NCBI GenBank assembly: GCA_026770705.1
Contig: JANJGN010000007.1
Span: 34,162,001 to 34,226,000 of the forward strand
Source: Isurus oxyrinchus
Taxonomy: Eukaryota
Length of the DNA: 64,000 bases
Reading direction: 5' to 3'
This document shows, in pieces, positions 24,650-39,300 of the stretch. Position numbers and translations under genes: made by a program. Position 1 is the first letter of the stretch. Each line of letters opens with the position of its first letter. The notes beneath the pieces are model-generated. The model did not search any database, was not told the DNA's origin, and saw only the letters and a program-made list of their open reading frames with translations.

Positions 24650-25090
24650 AGAAATAAAGTATTTGCAATTGTACAGTCCTATTTTTATCCTCAAGATGTT
24701 GTAAAGTGCTTCAGAGCCAATGAAGTACTTTTGAAATGCTGTCACTGTTGTAATGAATGCATCATTACAGCCAATTTATGCACAGCAATGTCCCATAAAC
24801 ATCAATGAGATAAATGACCAGATAATCTGTTTTTGTGATGCTGGTTGTGGGATAAATGTTGGCAGAGACATTGGAAGAACTCTCTCACTCCTCTTATAAT
24901 AGTACTATTTCATCTTTTGCATTCATCTGAAGAATAGTTGGGAGCTTAGTTCAATGTTTTAACCAAAATATTGCACCTCTAACAATGCAACATTCCCTCA
25001 GTACTGCGATGAAGTATTAGCTTGGATTATGTGCTCAAATCTCTGGGATAGAGTTGAAAACCCATGATCTTCCCACTCAATGGCAGGAGT
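24650..25090 (-). mobile_element. Deu-domain (SacSINE1/AmnSINE1-like) tRNA-derived SINE
   Basis: Near full-length pattern aaagtgcttcagagccaatgaagtacttttgaa..cagccaatttatgcacagcaa..attccctcagtactgc; tRNA-like head at the right end. Confidence 0.65.
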
Positions 25091-28000
25091 GATATCATGC
25101 TGCCACTCTCAGAATTAACACAATCTTCCAAGAGTGCATAATAGCTAGAATGAGATACAAAGCTGCACTCTGCTGGTTTTCAAAATACACTGGCATGCCA
25201 TTCACTTATAAATAATGCACAAACTTTAAATCAATGAAGCAATTTGTCTTCATGTTTTTATTATTTATATTATTGTAGCTGTTCAGTATTTGAATAGTTG
25301 ACTTCTAAAGTGATGTTTTGCAATGTAAATTAATGACCATAAATCACTTCATGAAATATTCAGTAATATTGAGCATTTCTTAAGCAAAATAGTTGTATAA
25401 TTTCAATTGTTTGACCAGTATGTTGAAGTGGTAATTTACTATTTACAAGCAGATATGAGATGCTGTTTGATATTCTTACAGTGCTCGTTTGAAAACGACC
25501 CAAAATCAGCTTTAGTAAAACTCTAAAAGCTTTCTGAGTTAGTTAGATGACAAATTATTGTCATGGAATTAATAGGCAATGTGGTCGTCAGGAAGTAAAC
25601 CTTCTATTTTTGAACAAGGCTTGAATTCTGTTGGGAGAAAGTCATCTGCGTGATTAGTAAAAGTGTTATACAGTATTTGGACTGACTAAGCGGATATATT
25701 TATATAGGGAAGTGTAACGTTGTGGATTCTATTTCAGAAATATACAAAAAGCATGTCTACATTGCAATAATGAGGGATCCATTACACTTCCACTTTTGCA
25801 ACACTGCATATCAGTTTCCACTGAAGAAAGACGGGAAATCAGTGAGGTCAGGTGATACCTGACACTAGAAAGGAGTGGTGTGAATCCTTTGGAGGATCCT
25901 ATATCACACTTTGTTTGATGCTGCATGAATTATTATTCCAATGGGCACCAAGCCGACCTTCAAGGTCCTTAGAGATCCATTAGATCCCCACGATAATAAA
26001 AAAAATTGAGCAGAGCTTGTTTAAATGATTTGAAAGTGCCTTGCTTGGTGCTGCTAGCTGCAAATCAATGCCACAGCTACCTACCATGCATTTTCAGCTA
26101 CCGTTCAACAGTTGTCTCCGAAAATAGTATGATTCAGCATCAGGTAATTAGTTACGAGAAAGGATAGCAATGCAAATCTGATTGGACTTTCTGATTAAAC
26201 TATATCGAATTTATAGCGTTAGAATGCATGCGGTTATTTTCTTTCGAAACTAGTAAAGGCGGTTAAAAAATCGGAAGCATAGGGAATTTGAGAACATTAT
26301 GAGGCTTTGCTTACTTCTACCGCTTTAACATTATTGGGAAATTTTTCACCAAAATTTTGAAGATCCCTTGAAGTCCATGGGCTAATATGTTGGCTGTGTC
26401 TATTATTATTAGTCAGCTATATACTGCCCAAGAATGAAGATCTGTCCAGTTTTGTGTGATCAGATTCAGTACATTTATATAAAACTGTTTAGAAGGATTT
26501 CACCATCCTCGCGTCACAGGTTTCTATTTGATAAACACGACCACAGCAGTAGACATTCAAGAGTCTAGAAAAGTTACTGGATTGCATGGTAAACTGGACC
26601 TAATCTTGATTTATCTTAAGTCAAAACTGATCCCTCATGTAAATTTTCAATTGTGACGCAGTCACTGATTAACTGGTAACTCCAGAAAGTAAATATAAAT
26701 TTCTAGAATCTGAATGATCTTCTACATACTTTAGGTTCTGTTCTATATTTCCTGTGCTAGAAGATATCCCAGGGTTCCAGCATCTCGGTTACAGGATTGC
26801 TCCCACCTTCTGGCTCTAAAATATTAACGACAGGGAAAACGTATTAGATTTTAATTTGGATACGTTAATTTCTAAATTGTACACCATAAATAAATAGCGG
26901 TGAGGCAACTATTGTCCTGAAATCAACTTCCAGCATTGTTTTAGGAAACTTGCGGCGTTACCTGACGATGGGCAAAATTACCCTGAATTGTACATATCAT
27001 TATTGAAATACGTGCATTCGTTTAAAGGACACAATAAAGACAAACATTTTATGACTCTGGCAAAACACACAGCAATGATTTCCCTTCGAGACCGCAGCTT
27101 CAGCAGGTTTCCAACTCAATCGCGCTTTTGAATCTGAAAATGTCAAACGTTAAGAATCAGGACGTTCGCTGCACACTTCTGTAAACCGTAAGACAAATAT
27201 TTTTAAATCAAATGGTTAATGTTAATATGATATATTAATAAATGAGATATTTTCCGGAAGTGTAAAAAATACACGAGTCACTCGTGAATCTTCAGACCCG
27301 TCTAAATACATTAGGCTTTTACAAAAGTGTTCAAGAACATGAATCATTATTAGAAGGTTGCACAAGAGTTACCAGCTGATCATTTAAGCAAAATAATGAT
27401 ACATATTTTGAGTCTAGAGAGCAATTAATTGACCAGCTAAACATTGGATAGCAATAACAAAATTTGCAAGGGTGATTCGACATTGAAATCCGAAAGGTTA
27501 TCAACGAAGCAAACAGTCAGTGCCACTGCAATGAATGGCCTTTTACAACGGCAGCACAAATGGAATGAACCCGTTATATTCTGTGAACCTTATATCAACT
27601 CTATCTTGTAACATCCTTCAATTTTTGGGCTGTTACTCAAAACATTTTTGTTTATATAATGTATTCACCTACTTCAATCATCAAGTACCATTTTATTTGC
27701 TATACGGATTTTTTTTCCTCTCTGTTTACCATGTGCCCGCAACCACCTGTAGCACCGCAGCGCTTCATTTAGTATTTCCAGTATCGGTAACTCTTGCAAT
27801 AGTTAAGGAATTCCGCATGGACAATAGACAGAGCATTTACCCAAAGTCGGTATTTGAGTGTAAAACAGGCGCTCTGAGCATTTGCTAGCAGTATACAGGT
27901 TGCTTTGTTGGACAAAAGCTGTATCAATGCACCCAGTTTCATACATCCTAAGAGATAAATGCATTGAGTACCGAAAGACGTTATGTTCCTCATCAGTATG

Positions 28001-30192
28001 CGACCATAATAAATTGCATTTAAACTCCAATTTTGGACGGAACCTAACAACTGGCGATCAAATATTCTTAGCGGTAAATAGGAGCAAGAAGTGCTAAGTA
28101 TTTTGAAAATATTTTATGTTCATTCAGTGACGTATTTATTTAAGTTTATGGATTCTCTAGCAGTCATTCCAAATGAATAGAATGGCTTGCCTGAAGTTAG
28201 CTCTTCAAATTACTTTCTGTTCGCATTTTTAGTTACAGTGGGAGAATTATGCGCAAAATTATAGTCTCTAGTATATTACAGATTATTTGAATCAAAAAAG
28301 GTTTTGAATAGTTCAGTGTATTTAGAGAATTGTACCGTTATGATATTCGAAATACAGATATATAACAAAGAATATATCTTATAGTTCTATAGAGAGATTG
28401 TGATAAAAAAAATTCTGGATTTTCCTGGAGAACAATGGAGATAAAAATACAGAAGCTAATACAAAAATTATCTTAAACTTGTTCAGTTTCTATTCGTTTC
28501 AAACCTAAAAGAAAGATGCTCAGCACAGAGATGCTCTTCATTTTAATGTTCGTATTAACCCAAGGTCAGGTGCGGGTCGATTGGAGGAAAGTGTAGTCTC
28601 GGAGACTTTTGCCTGGAACGTTGGTTTCCAGAATATATCAAATCCTTAGCAAATGGTTCACTCACAAAATACTAACTGAATTCCTCTACTAGTAGCCACC
28701 TATCAACTTAAAGGTTAGTAACTTTGCATTGTTCTATAGAAACTAACATTTCTTGTGAAATTCAGCTTCCTAAAATAATTTGAACGCGGGTTAGAAGCCA
28801 AGGTTATTAAGGTTTTTAAAAGTTAAGTAGTTAATCAGAAGTTTTATTGGCCATGAGAAATAATTGCTATTCATAAATAATCTTCGTTTTCAAAAAGGCT
28901 CCTTCAGTTATGCCTTCGATATTTCACACATGTTTGGTTGTGTGAAATGTACTATAATGTAAAAGTTCAGAAAAGTCTTTATGTCCCACGTTTTCTGTCG
29001 GTACCCATTCCGAGCTCTCGCTTAGATTTTTTTTTTACTAATTGTGCAGTCGGAAATCAAGCAGCAGTTTCTGTAATCGGCTGTAGCATAAGTAAATGTG
29101 TTTCGTTATAAAATAGATTCTGTGCTCAAAACAAAATTTGCCGTTTAAAACGAAGCGGCGTCATTTTACAGTGAATTGAGAGAAACAAATAAAGCGAACA
29201 CAGCGTTTGTTACATGTTTTAACATTTCCAGTCTCTGTGAAAATCATCTAAATAAAATTACTAGATATTCGTGATGAAGATAGCGGCATCAACTTTCATA
29301 AAAGGGCATTTCAAAAATTAATTACATATTGAGCAATTGTATCATTTAGATGGCCTTTAAACTAATAGTTGCACTTGAAGAGTTAGTGGTAAAAATACAA
29401 GTACCTAATAAGCACGTAAAGGTAAATGGAGAGAACAAATCTAGCTGGTTTTTAAAAATCCTGCCATCGGGTTAAAGAAACACAAAGTGAACAAGGACAT
29501 TAGGTAAAAGTTCAATAAAAAGCTCACCTACAGCAGACGTATGGTAATTTTAGAGTAATTGTTATTGGGCTGTACCTGTGTTGTTTCACAGTAACTTAAT
29601 GTAACTTAGAAGCACTTTAATGTAACTAGCAGCTCCCAGTTGTTTTTGAATGATCTCTCACATGTGTTTCAACGAATAATCTATATATATTTAAATAGAG
29701 TTTATATCGTCGGAAATGTCCGCAAATGAAACTCCATTGTCAGTCCCTAAGGATAACTACAGTTTAAGGCTAATTGTCTGCAGGTCACAAAACGTAGTCC
29801 ATTTACAAGACGACCAATAGGCAATTCATCTGCAAATTAGAATGAATCTACCTATTCTGTGCTAAGTTTTAATATTAATTAGTAGAAAATGCAAGTAATA
29901 TTTTCTGCTTAGATAAATAATATTGTTTTACATGTGTGTATGTATCTGATGTCCGATATCAAAGAATGAAAGATCCAAATTCATCACATACTAAAGGCAT
30001 TAGAGGCGCAACAGGTATCTTTAATTTTTGGGGTGGAAAATCGGAGTGTCTTCTTAGCTAGGACGGGGGAGCGATAGGAATTGAGATTTTATTGTAAACT
30101 CATCCAGGTGGGACAAGGAACTCATGCTTGAGAAACATGGGATTCAAATAGTGGAAAATATAACATGTGAACCATGTGCGAATGCTGCGTAT

Positions 30193-30280
30193 GGGGGAGT
30201 GGAATGGGGTGGGGGGGGGGGGGGGGTTGTGCGTGTGTGTGTGTGTGTGTGTATGAGATGGGGGGGGGGGGTGGGGGAGG
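30193..30280. repeat. Poly-G tracts and (GT)n microsatellite
   Basis: Two long G runs flanking a (gt)n array. Confidence 0.9.
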
Positions 30281-32904
30281 TGTCATGATTTGAGGGTCAG
30301 CTGAACAATACCGTACACCGAAGATCCACTGCCAACAATATAGTTTCCAGCTTTTTTTGAAAGGAACGTTACTAGGAATGGGTCATTTGTCAAGTATTCC
30401 GTATGTTAGCCATAAAATTCTTTCAGCACCGGCGAATTTCTAATGTTTTTATGTGAAACTCCGCTGCTTGTTTTATAACCCATAGAATGATACCTAGTGG
30501 TCCCCATGTCTGGATTTTGCCCCGGATTTAAATAGTAATTTTATTTGCGATAGAAAGCAGGAAGGTAAATACAAAAAAGTATCAGAACTCCATAGATATT
30601 GACAGTTCAGCAGATTCGACGATGCCCGAATTTCCACTGTATCCCAGATTATATTTAGTTTACACCGATAGGGTCGAACCTTGTTTTGATTTTCTGGCAG
30701 CGGTGAAATGTTATATTGAAAATAGTATTGCAGTAACATAATCGATCTGAAGTAAAATGGTTGAATCAAATTACTGTTTTCGAAACGAAACGATACTTAA
30801 CATTGCGAAACGCCTTTGAGGGAAATCAGTGCAAGCTTTCGGGGCAATTGGAAACGGTTAACTTTCGATAACAAAACATTAATAAAATAATACGTTTCTT
30901 TGAGTCTTATGCCGGAATATTACGTGTTAAGATCCTCTCAATTGACCGTGTTATTTCTACTGTTTACACTGGTTGATGACAGGCGCAAGTTACATCTGCA
31001 CAAACACATTTAGCTGTCTATCTGAATTAAAATTTCAAAAAATTAAAAAGGTGTACTCCAAGTGTCAATCAGAACCAAATTGTAATAGTCCCAAGTGAAC
31101 TATTTGTGTCACACCAGATACATTGATATCATGTGATGGACTTCACTTTATATTTGGAAAATGTTTTTTGATACTTTACTCTGTCACATAGGGAACAAGC
31201 ATAGGCAACCATAGGACTTAGAAATGTTTAGAATATCGAAGTTTCATTTAAAAATTGATTAAGAGGGCCCTCTTAGCAAAAGTATTTTAAACACATCGGC
31301 GTGTTTATTTTTTTAATGTTATTAACCAATGAGTGTATTCGAATTTCTTCGTAAGATGCGTATACTATACAGAGCCAAGAGAAATGGTCAGGCCAGTTTT
31401 AACAGGGCCTTCAATTACTTGCCATACATTTGTGTGACCATGTAAATCTCTGAATTAATATTAGTAGATTCATCCTATAGAAATTTTCCGCCAATTTAGC
31501 AATATAAAGGGAATCCGGAAATGTAAAGCTTCGCGTTTTTTTCTCACACTTATAATGTGGTTATCAAAATTATAATAGCACTTAAAGTTTTTTTCCCCAT
31601 TACATCACGCAATCGTTATTATTCAATACCGGGCTGGTATTCCTAATTTTACAAAAGAAAGCAGTATCCATTTCCTCATTAAATCAATCCAGCCTTCTCA
31701 ATAATAATCGATTTTAAAACACAGTGTATTTTTTCAACGGCTGCGGTTACCCTTTGATATTGGATGCAAAGTAGCTTCTTGGGCTCTATTGCCATTTCAC
31801 GTAAGTGACACTGCTGTGTACAAGTGGTTGTGTAACTCCGAAATCAGGTTGGCGACCTGCCGCCCTAGCACCTTAAAGCTAGGAATATAGCCGACGTAAA
31901 TCAATCAGCCATTTCTAAAAGGAGTTTGTGATTATGTGGTTGAAATTGGAATGCCAGTGGGAAGGATCAGTCATGATGTGGATGATTAATGGATTGCGGA
32001 ACACCAAGGTACAAACTTCAACGGAGGAAAAATCACAACTTTGGCTTTTTGAACGTTTTGCCTGTGTTTAAATTTCCTACCTTAGGAAATCCAATTAAGA
32101 GGCCACATGGCTCACGTCTCATTGAAGGCAAAGGGTTCCATAAGTCGAATGGCCTTTTGCTATTCTATAGTTCCTTATAATTTTATCTCTGCCAGGCAAT
32201 TCCATCCTCTAATGGTGCCCTTATACTCCAGCTACTGGTCTCAAACCACCATCAGCAGTATAAGCTCCAGCCAGACTACATCCTGTTTACAGCTCCTAGT
32301 TCCTGTCTGACTGGAACTCCATTTCTCCTACCAAGAAAATTGTGCCTGCATGGCTCTGTGCATTCACACCGTTCCCCTCCCTCCCAGCAGCTCATATGTG
32401 TCGAAACATTTTAAATATAACCGCAGTTCATTTAAAATTTTCAAAGCAGGTACCTTGGGAAAAAAAGCCACTTGAGTAACAGTGCATTCACAAACCATAT
32501 CTAGCATTGCTAGGAAGGCATTCCCTTCGGTTGTACAATAATGCTAAAGATGATCAACAGCATCTCCATATCCGACTATTAAACTCTAACACCTGTTGAC
32601 TTCAGTTGCATTACTGCAGAACTCACAGTATAAACATTCCAGCGCCAAATAATTTCTTTAATGTCAAAAATGAAACCCCAATTGAGGATGAAGTTCAAAC
32701 TATTCTGGGCTATAGCTATTAATCGCCATAGACAATTTAAAAACTGCTTTGTTTACATTGGTTCCGAGGTCATGACATCATAGCATCGCCACAAAGGAAT
32801 CCTCGGGCTCAGATTGGATTTGGGATGCATTGTCTGAGTGGGACCTTCACCCCCAAAACAGCCTGGGACTCTATAGACGGACATGAGTCCTCTTTGGTGT
32901 TCCA

Positions 32905-33370
32905 AAGTCACAAAACATTTACAGCTCAGAAAACGACCATTCGGCCCAACAGGTCCCTACCATTTTTATTCTCCACACGAGCCTCTTACCCTTCTTCAAG
33001 TTTTCTTCTAACCCTGTCAATATATCCCCATTTTCCTTTCTCGCTTATGCATTTATCTAGCTCCCCTTTAAATGCGCCCATGCTCTTCACCTGAACTAGT
33101 CTTTGTGATGCCGAATTCCACATTCTCATCACTCTCTGGGGAAGGAAATTTATCCTGAATTCCCCATTGAATATATTAGTGACTATCTTATTTGCGGCCC
33201 CTGGTTCGGGTCTGGACCATAATGGAAATTTCTCCTTCACTTCGACCCTATCAACCCTTTCATGATCTTGAAGACCTCTAACAAGTCATCCATCAGTCTT
33301 CCCGTTTCTAAAGAGAAGATCTTCAATCTTCCTGGATAAGCATATTAATTTAGTTCTGGTATCATTGTAT
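32905..33370 (-). mobile_element. CR1 LINE 3' end
   Basis: ORF 32986-33240(-) FRINFLPQRVMRMWNSA..FKGELD matches the CR1 C-terminal FF.QRVV..WN.LP..FK..LD. Confidence 0.85.
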
Positions 33371-36300
33371 GTGATTTCAAACTAAAGTCAGGGTCTACTT
33401 CTGCTTTTGGCAGGGGTCAGATCTGCTCATTGTGGATCTACACTACAACTTTGTCATTCCTCGGGGACATTCATTTCCAGCGTAAATACACTCTTAGACT
33501 TCGCACAAGGTGTGTTTCGTGTTCCGCCTGTCGAAGTGATGCGGGAATAGACGAGGAACTTTCTCAATGTTTTCATGCGAGGAAAGAGAGCAAAAATTAT
33601 CAGCTTCTTCGAATATTAAAGAGTCTCCTCACAATGAGCAGAGGTTTACGTATACATACAAGAAGATCTCCTTTGAGGCTGGAGACGGTGCAAGGTGCAG
33701 CTGGTAGTGTTACTGGACCCTGCCTGCCGTCTGAATATCGCACTATAAAGGCTCAAGTTTGAGATGGGCAGCTGTAGTGTCTCTGCAGCCACAAATATTT
33801 GTGTGATAGGACTTCCGTTAGAATGGTGGAAACTTTTACAGCCCCACAGAAGCAACAGTTTCATTTTATGCATCCGCAGTATTTAACTTTTATCTTAGAG
33901 TTTCTTTTAATAGTGTGTTAATCATTCGGTTTTATATTTCTTCAAATAACTGAATCTTTCCCGTCACTTCCTGGTGTGCGCTCAAAAGTGCTAAATCGTT
34001 TACATTTTGCAGATTTGGAGTTTCCACGATTGTAGAAACAATTTAGAATAATGCTGATCCGAACCGTTATAATACAAAAGCTAGATTTAAAAAAAATAAA
34101 TTGCCCTTTAACAGCAGAGTCAGAATTTCCGTCTGTAGTATTACTTTAGTTGTCTGTTCTACTGTTTAACTTGGCATTTTTTTGAACTGCCAATAACAAT
34201 CATGTGACAAGGGAATCACTCAGTGTATTCCTATTAAAAGGGACGTGTACGACATGAGTAACTTTGAAACTTTGCTTTCTCTGTCGTTTCCCCGCTGACT
34301 TCCTCCCACTATCCTCCCTCTCCTGAAGGCGGCGGTCTTCAGTCCTGATGTTTCTTTTTCTAAAGAACAAGAACTTGTATTTATAGAGTAATAAATGCAT
34401 ATATTTACATAGAAATAAATCATTCTTATCCATCATGATTTGCACAGCCTTTATGCCCCTTTCCATGTGGCATGAATTTAATCACCTGCAACGTTCATTG
34501 GTTACTTTTCGGCTGTAATTTCCTACCGAGCCGCTTAGAGAAAGTGAATGGGAAAACAGTTAAGAAGTCAGTTTCCACGTGTTAATGCAGTATGGTTGTA
34601 AATTTTGCAAAATTGTGTTTTCTATGACTAGATAGAGACTGTATATGGATTCATAATATAGGTAGATACTATAAAAATTATCTTCTTAATAACGTGATTT
34701 AGGCGAAGTGTCCAGTCCAGTACTTATTGAGATATATCTGAAAAACAGTTATCGTCATTTTTTGGACAATTTAAATGCTGTTCGTGCACATTTTGTTTTC
34801 TTTTAAGCAGTCAATACTATTCCGTTATTGATTATTGGCAAGGAAATGTTATTGTTGGTGAGCTTTGCTGAGCTCCAGGAATATCAAACGTCATTAGAAT
34901 GTTAAAGTGGAAGTTATATTGACTAATTGACCCATGCTGATGCCCTTGAGCCATGGTTTTCCCTGGATATACTGTCGAGCTTCCCAATGCGGGTCACTTC
35001 CAATTACAAACATATGTTATGCAGGTATGCCACTGCTGCAATGGGCATATTGGCTACCCACCCACATAGTGTGCCAACATAACATTACAACTTGCAGATG
35101 CAGCGCAGCGCTATAATATTGCTCCCTTGCCGACTGCGCACTGTCACCGTTTGGGGCATTAATAATCCGATGAGTCTCATAAACTTCGTCACCAAACGTA
35201 ATTATATCAACTGCTGAGACGTGTTGTGAGCCTCAAATACATTTAAAGGAGTAAAAATACGTTATTCGGCTAATTTCACGATTCGTCTAACTTTAATATT
35301 AACGCAAGACCAGTCTACAGTTTAAGAACATGGGAGCCACGTTTTGTATTATTAACAGTTGACCTCCTTTCCTTGCAAAAAAAACCCCCGTACAGATCGT
35401 CTCCTTACAACAAAATATATAGTTTCCAGGCTGTTTGAAGATGTTGACAATTGCATGAAGATTCACGCTATTTGATGAAAACCACACGACCTCAATGGCA
35501 AAAATGACGTGTCTCTCTGCCAGGATAGTAAATCAGATTTAAGTTCTGATAAGGAACGTCTACTGAACAGTGGCTGCTCAGCGACGCATGTACATACAAT
35601 GAAGCAAGAAAACTCCAGCATACTTTCTTTTTTAAAAAAAATCAAGACCCATTCACTATGTCAAACAACACTGACAGGATCAACCGAATGAAAACGTTTT
35701 GAAACATTAAACATCTCCGAGCAGCACCACTTTCCATAATCCTGCACCTAATACACCATCATCAATAAGTTACACTTATATAGCATTTTTAAAGTAGTAA
35801 AATGTCCCATAGCGCTTCAAAGCAGCGTTATCAAATAGAATATAATCAGCATCCTTTCCGACGTGAACCAGGGTAGGATACTTGGTGATCTTCTGGAGCA
35901 AAGGCTTGTAGCAATATTTTGAACGGAATCCTGTCTGGCAAAGAATTTAGCCGACTGAGTGGAAAGTGCACATTCCGAATCTGGATTTACAGCAGGTGTC
36001 CCGCGATTTAAATGAGAAATCATCCTTCAAAAAAGTCAATCGGGCTGTAATGATTAATTATGTCTGACTGTTGTAAGCATGTCTATAAATGCTTCATCCA
36101 TGTAAGAATTGTTTAAATGTATCGATTTAGTTCCTTTTCTCTTCTATTGCTTATACATATGTAAAAAAGAAAACAATTTATGCTACTTTAAAATATTTTT
36201 TCAGCTTTAATCTAGAAAATACACTCTTTCTTACCTTCCTTGACATGTCTCTTAAATGCGATGTGCTACACTCTGCTGCAATCTTCCCTCTTACACCGAA

Positions 36301-39300
36301 AATCTCATCCAACTAAGGGATAGGAATGCGGCTCCTAACGTTGTTGGTCGTATTTGAATTTTATTATAAGGCAACCGACGCTTTCAAAACGTTCTGCTAG
36401 CGCAGCATTTTAGCAAGAGACACCGTTAAGAACGAAAAGACCATCTGGTTAAATCGGAAGAGTGAATCACAAGCAAAAGTGGGTCAGGAGGACAAATGCT
36501 TTGTCACTTGCAGTACCTTTTGTTTTTCTTGCATTCGTTTGGAATGGTAATCGAATTAGTTCCCACTGTAGGATTATTTCTTACATGTAACGATATCGCC
36601 AAAAAAGTAGCATTAAATTGCCCTCAAAACGTTTCAAATTAAATATAGAATATGAAAAGTTTTTTTTTCTCTCTGTGTGGTCAAAACGTTGTTATAAGTC
36701 GTATAGCAACGACAGGGTGATAATATTAATAGGGAAGATAAATAATGGACAATTTATGTGTGCACAGTAATTGATATCTACATAATTCTTTAACTCGTGA
36801 TGAAACCGGCCGTTTCCCAAGCAGTTTAAACAAATTATGTTCTGTTAGTATTTGACTCCTAACACGCAACTACAAAGCTCTCGATCCTGTGTCATCATAC
36901 GGAAAAGGAATCCATAACAATGTGGGATCCCGTGAATGTCTTGACTTGTTGAAACCTTCAGAAACACACGAATCTTGTAATTATGATGTTTTGTATGTGG
37001 CTCATTAATTGAATATATATTTCGTCACATTCACTCCGTCTATAATGTTTACTTTCTGTTTTTATGTGATATCAGCACATTGTCATTTAGTACTATAACT
37101 GTCAAACCACATTCACTTTCCCAGCGCGTAACTGAACGAAAACCAGCGTCTCTTTTTCGATTTTAACGCTATTACTAATTGCACGCTGTATTGAAACTGC
37201 AAAAAGGTTTTGTGGATTCGTTTGAAAATGAAGAGGAAGAGGATAACCCACAATCGTGGCGATCGAATCAAACAATTACTGCACATGTGAAATATTCCAC
37301 TTCGTCCAGGAAGAAAGTACGATTCAACCTGTGAAACGGCGGGGTTTCTAAGGCCAAAAACAGGCAAGAGTTCTGCGCTGAATTAAAGAACGTAAAACTT
37401 TCAGCACCGATTGGTCTGCTTGTGGTGGTAGATTTATGCATTAATTTCTTTCCTGCGGTTTTCTTTGTGCTTCACATTGAGACTCCACCTAGTGCACAGA
37501 GTGTAGAAACACTTCCCCAACGCGCCTTTGGAAAAGAAAACGGGATCCAGCTTTCGCGGTCACCAATTTGATTTATGCCAATTTTAAAATTATACCAAGA
37601 ATCAAGCGTTTTGCCTTTGGGATACTTCCCGTGTTTTGATACACCAGAAAATTAATATTCTGTTTCTTTACCGAGAAAAGATGGGAACAGGATAGGGAGC
37701 TAAGCCTAAGTGTGCGCATATAACGCCTCGGAGTGAACTGCATACAATTCATGTGGAGCGGTGCATTGGGTTGTCCTCGCACTCAAACTCACTGACTGTC
37801 CTTAATGTTGCAAACGTGAAACTTAGTTCACCTGAGTGAAAGAATTAATATTTGTGACTGCAACAAAATGCAGGAGTATAAATATTCAAATGTTTTTTAA
37901 TGTGATGGTTTGATTTGAGGGAATAATGATACAACCAGCAATAGACTCACTCCCATTCGTTTAATCAAAGATGAAGTAAACAAGACATTAATCAAAACAT
38001 GCCAGCGTGTCAAGTGGCCTAATTACGTTACAGCCATAATACATTATCATGACACTTACATTTACAACATATATTTTATGCAATGTCCTGGAGCCTTATC
38101 GTTTTGGTTTAAAATGAAGAACAAAAACTATTCTACCTGGACAGACACATGGGATGTGTGTAAGGCCTCTTTTAATTAATTTACCTAACGTTCTCCTCTA
38201 ACTCCCAGGCAATTTATAGTATAATCTCATTCGAATTGCCATGGCATTAGAATCTGTCATCAAGTTTCGTAATTAAAACATTCCGTACAGTTTGTGTTCT
38301 ATCTAACTGAAATGCAAATTGCAATTAAAATATTTATTCTATATAGAAGTGGTTATTTCAACATTAAAACGATTCATGCTTTACTCTAATAATTGAGATA
38401 GAAATGCAACACAATTAGATAGCTCTTTCGATCTCAAGTTCACGCTGAGATGCAGGTGGATGAGGTTTAGTGGAGGTTTAGTGGATGTGAAGTTTGCTTG
38501 TAATTGGCAGCTTTCGATCATTCCATTTTCATGGGAGAAAAGGGAAAAGTGGGTGGATTGTTGCAATTAAAATAAACTTTGCAGAAATGGAAAACATTTA
38601 ATTGCCTAATAAATTGATATATTTAATATACTATAACAATATTGTATTTCTATGATAATTTTAATCCAGCATTTTCCTTTTGGATAATGCAAAATGGAAC
38701 AGGAAGCATCAAATTTGGTAACAAACTGTTTTAACGACACCTCACAATCTTACGCTTTACATTCAATTATTGTAACAAGTACCGAACTGTAAAACAGCAT
38801 TTTTATGACTACAGTGGAACTTCATTAGAGGAAGTCTTATAGATAGAAGCTAACTAGGAGGCAACGCGCCGTTCCGGACTGCCCGTCATACAATGTCCCA
38901 CTCTCCTGTGGACACCGGTGTCTCCTGTTATTTCAATATGTGTAATACAAGCTAATATTGGCGGCAGGAATTTTTCGTGGTTGATTTCCATTTTATAAAA
39001 TAAAAACAAGACTGAAAGGTTTGCAACGCCATGGTTATTCTGTCTCTCTTTACAAGTTGAATTCTCCGCAAATTGGGAGTTGGTGGATAAGGGGAAGGGC
39101 GGGGGGTTACTGTTGACCATTGCCAACAAATGCCACTGATCACTGGAAAAGTCGGGCAAACAATTCTTACTTGTGCAAAGCAAATTGGCGATTTTTTCTC
39201 TACATCTAAACGTAGGGCAAAAGATTATTTGATCCTTGCACGGTGTGTGTAAAACCAAACTGTTAACCTGTTAGAAAGTATTAGGCGAACAGTCTGTCAT

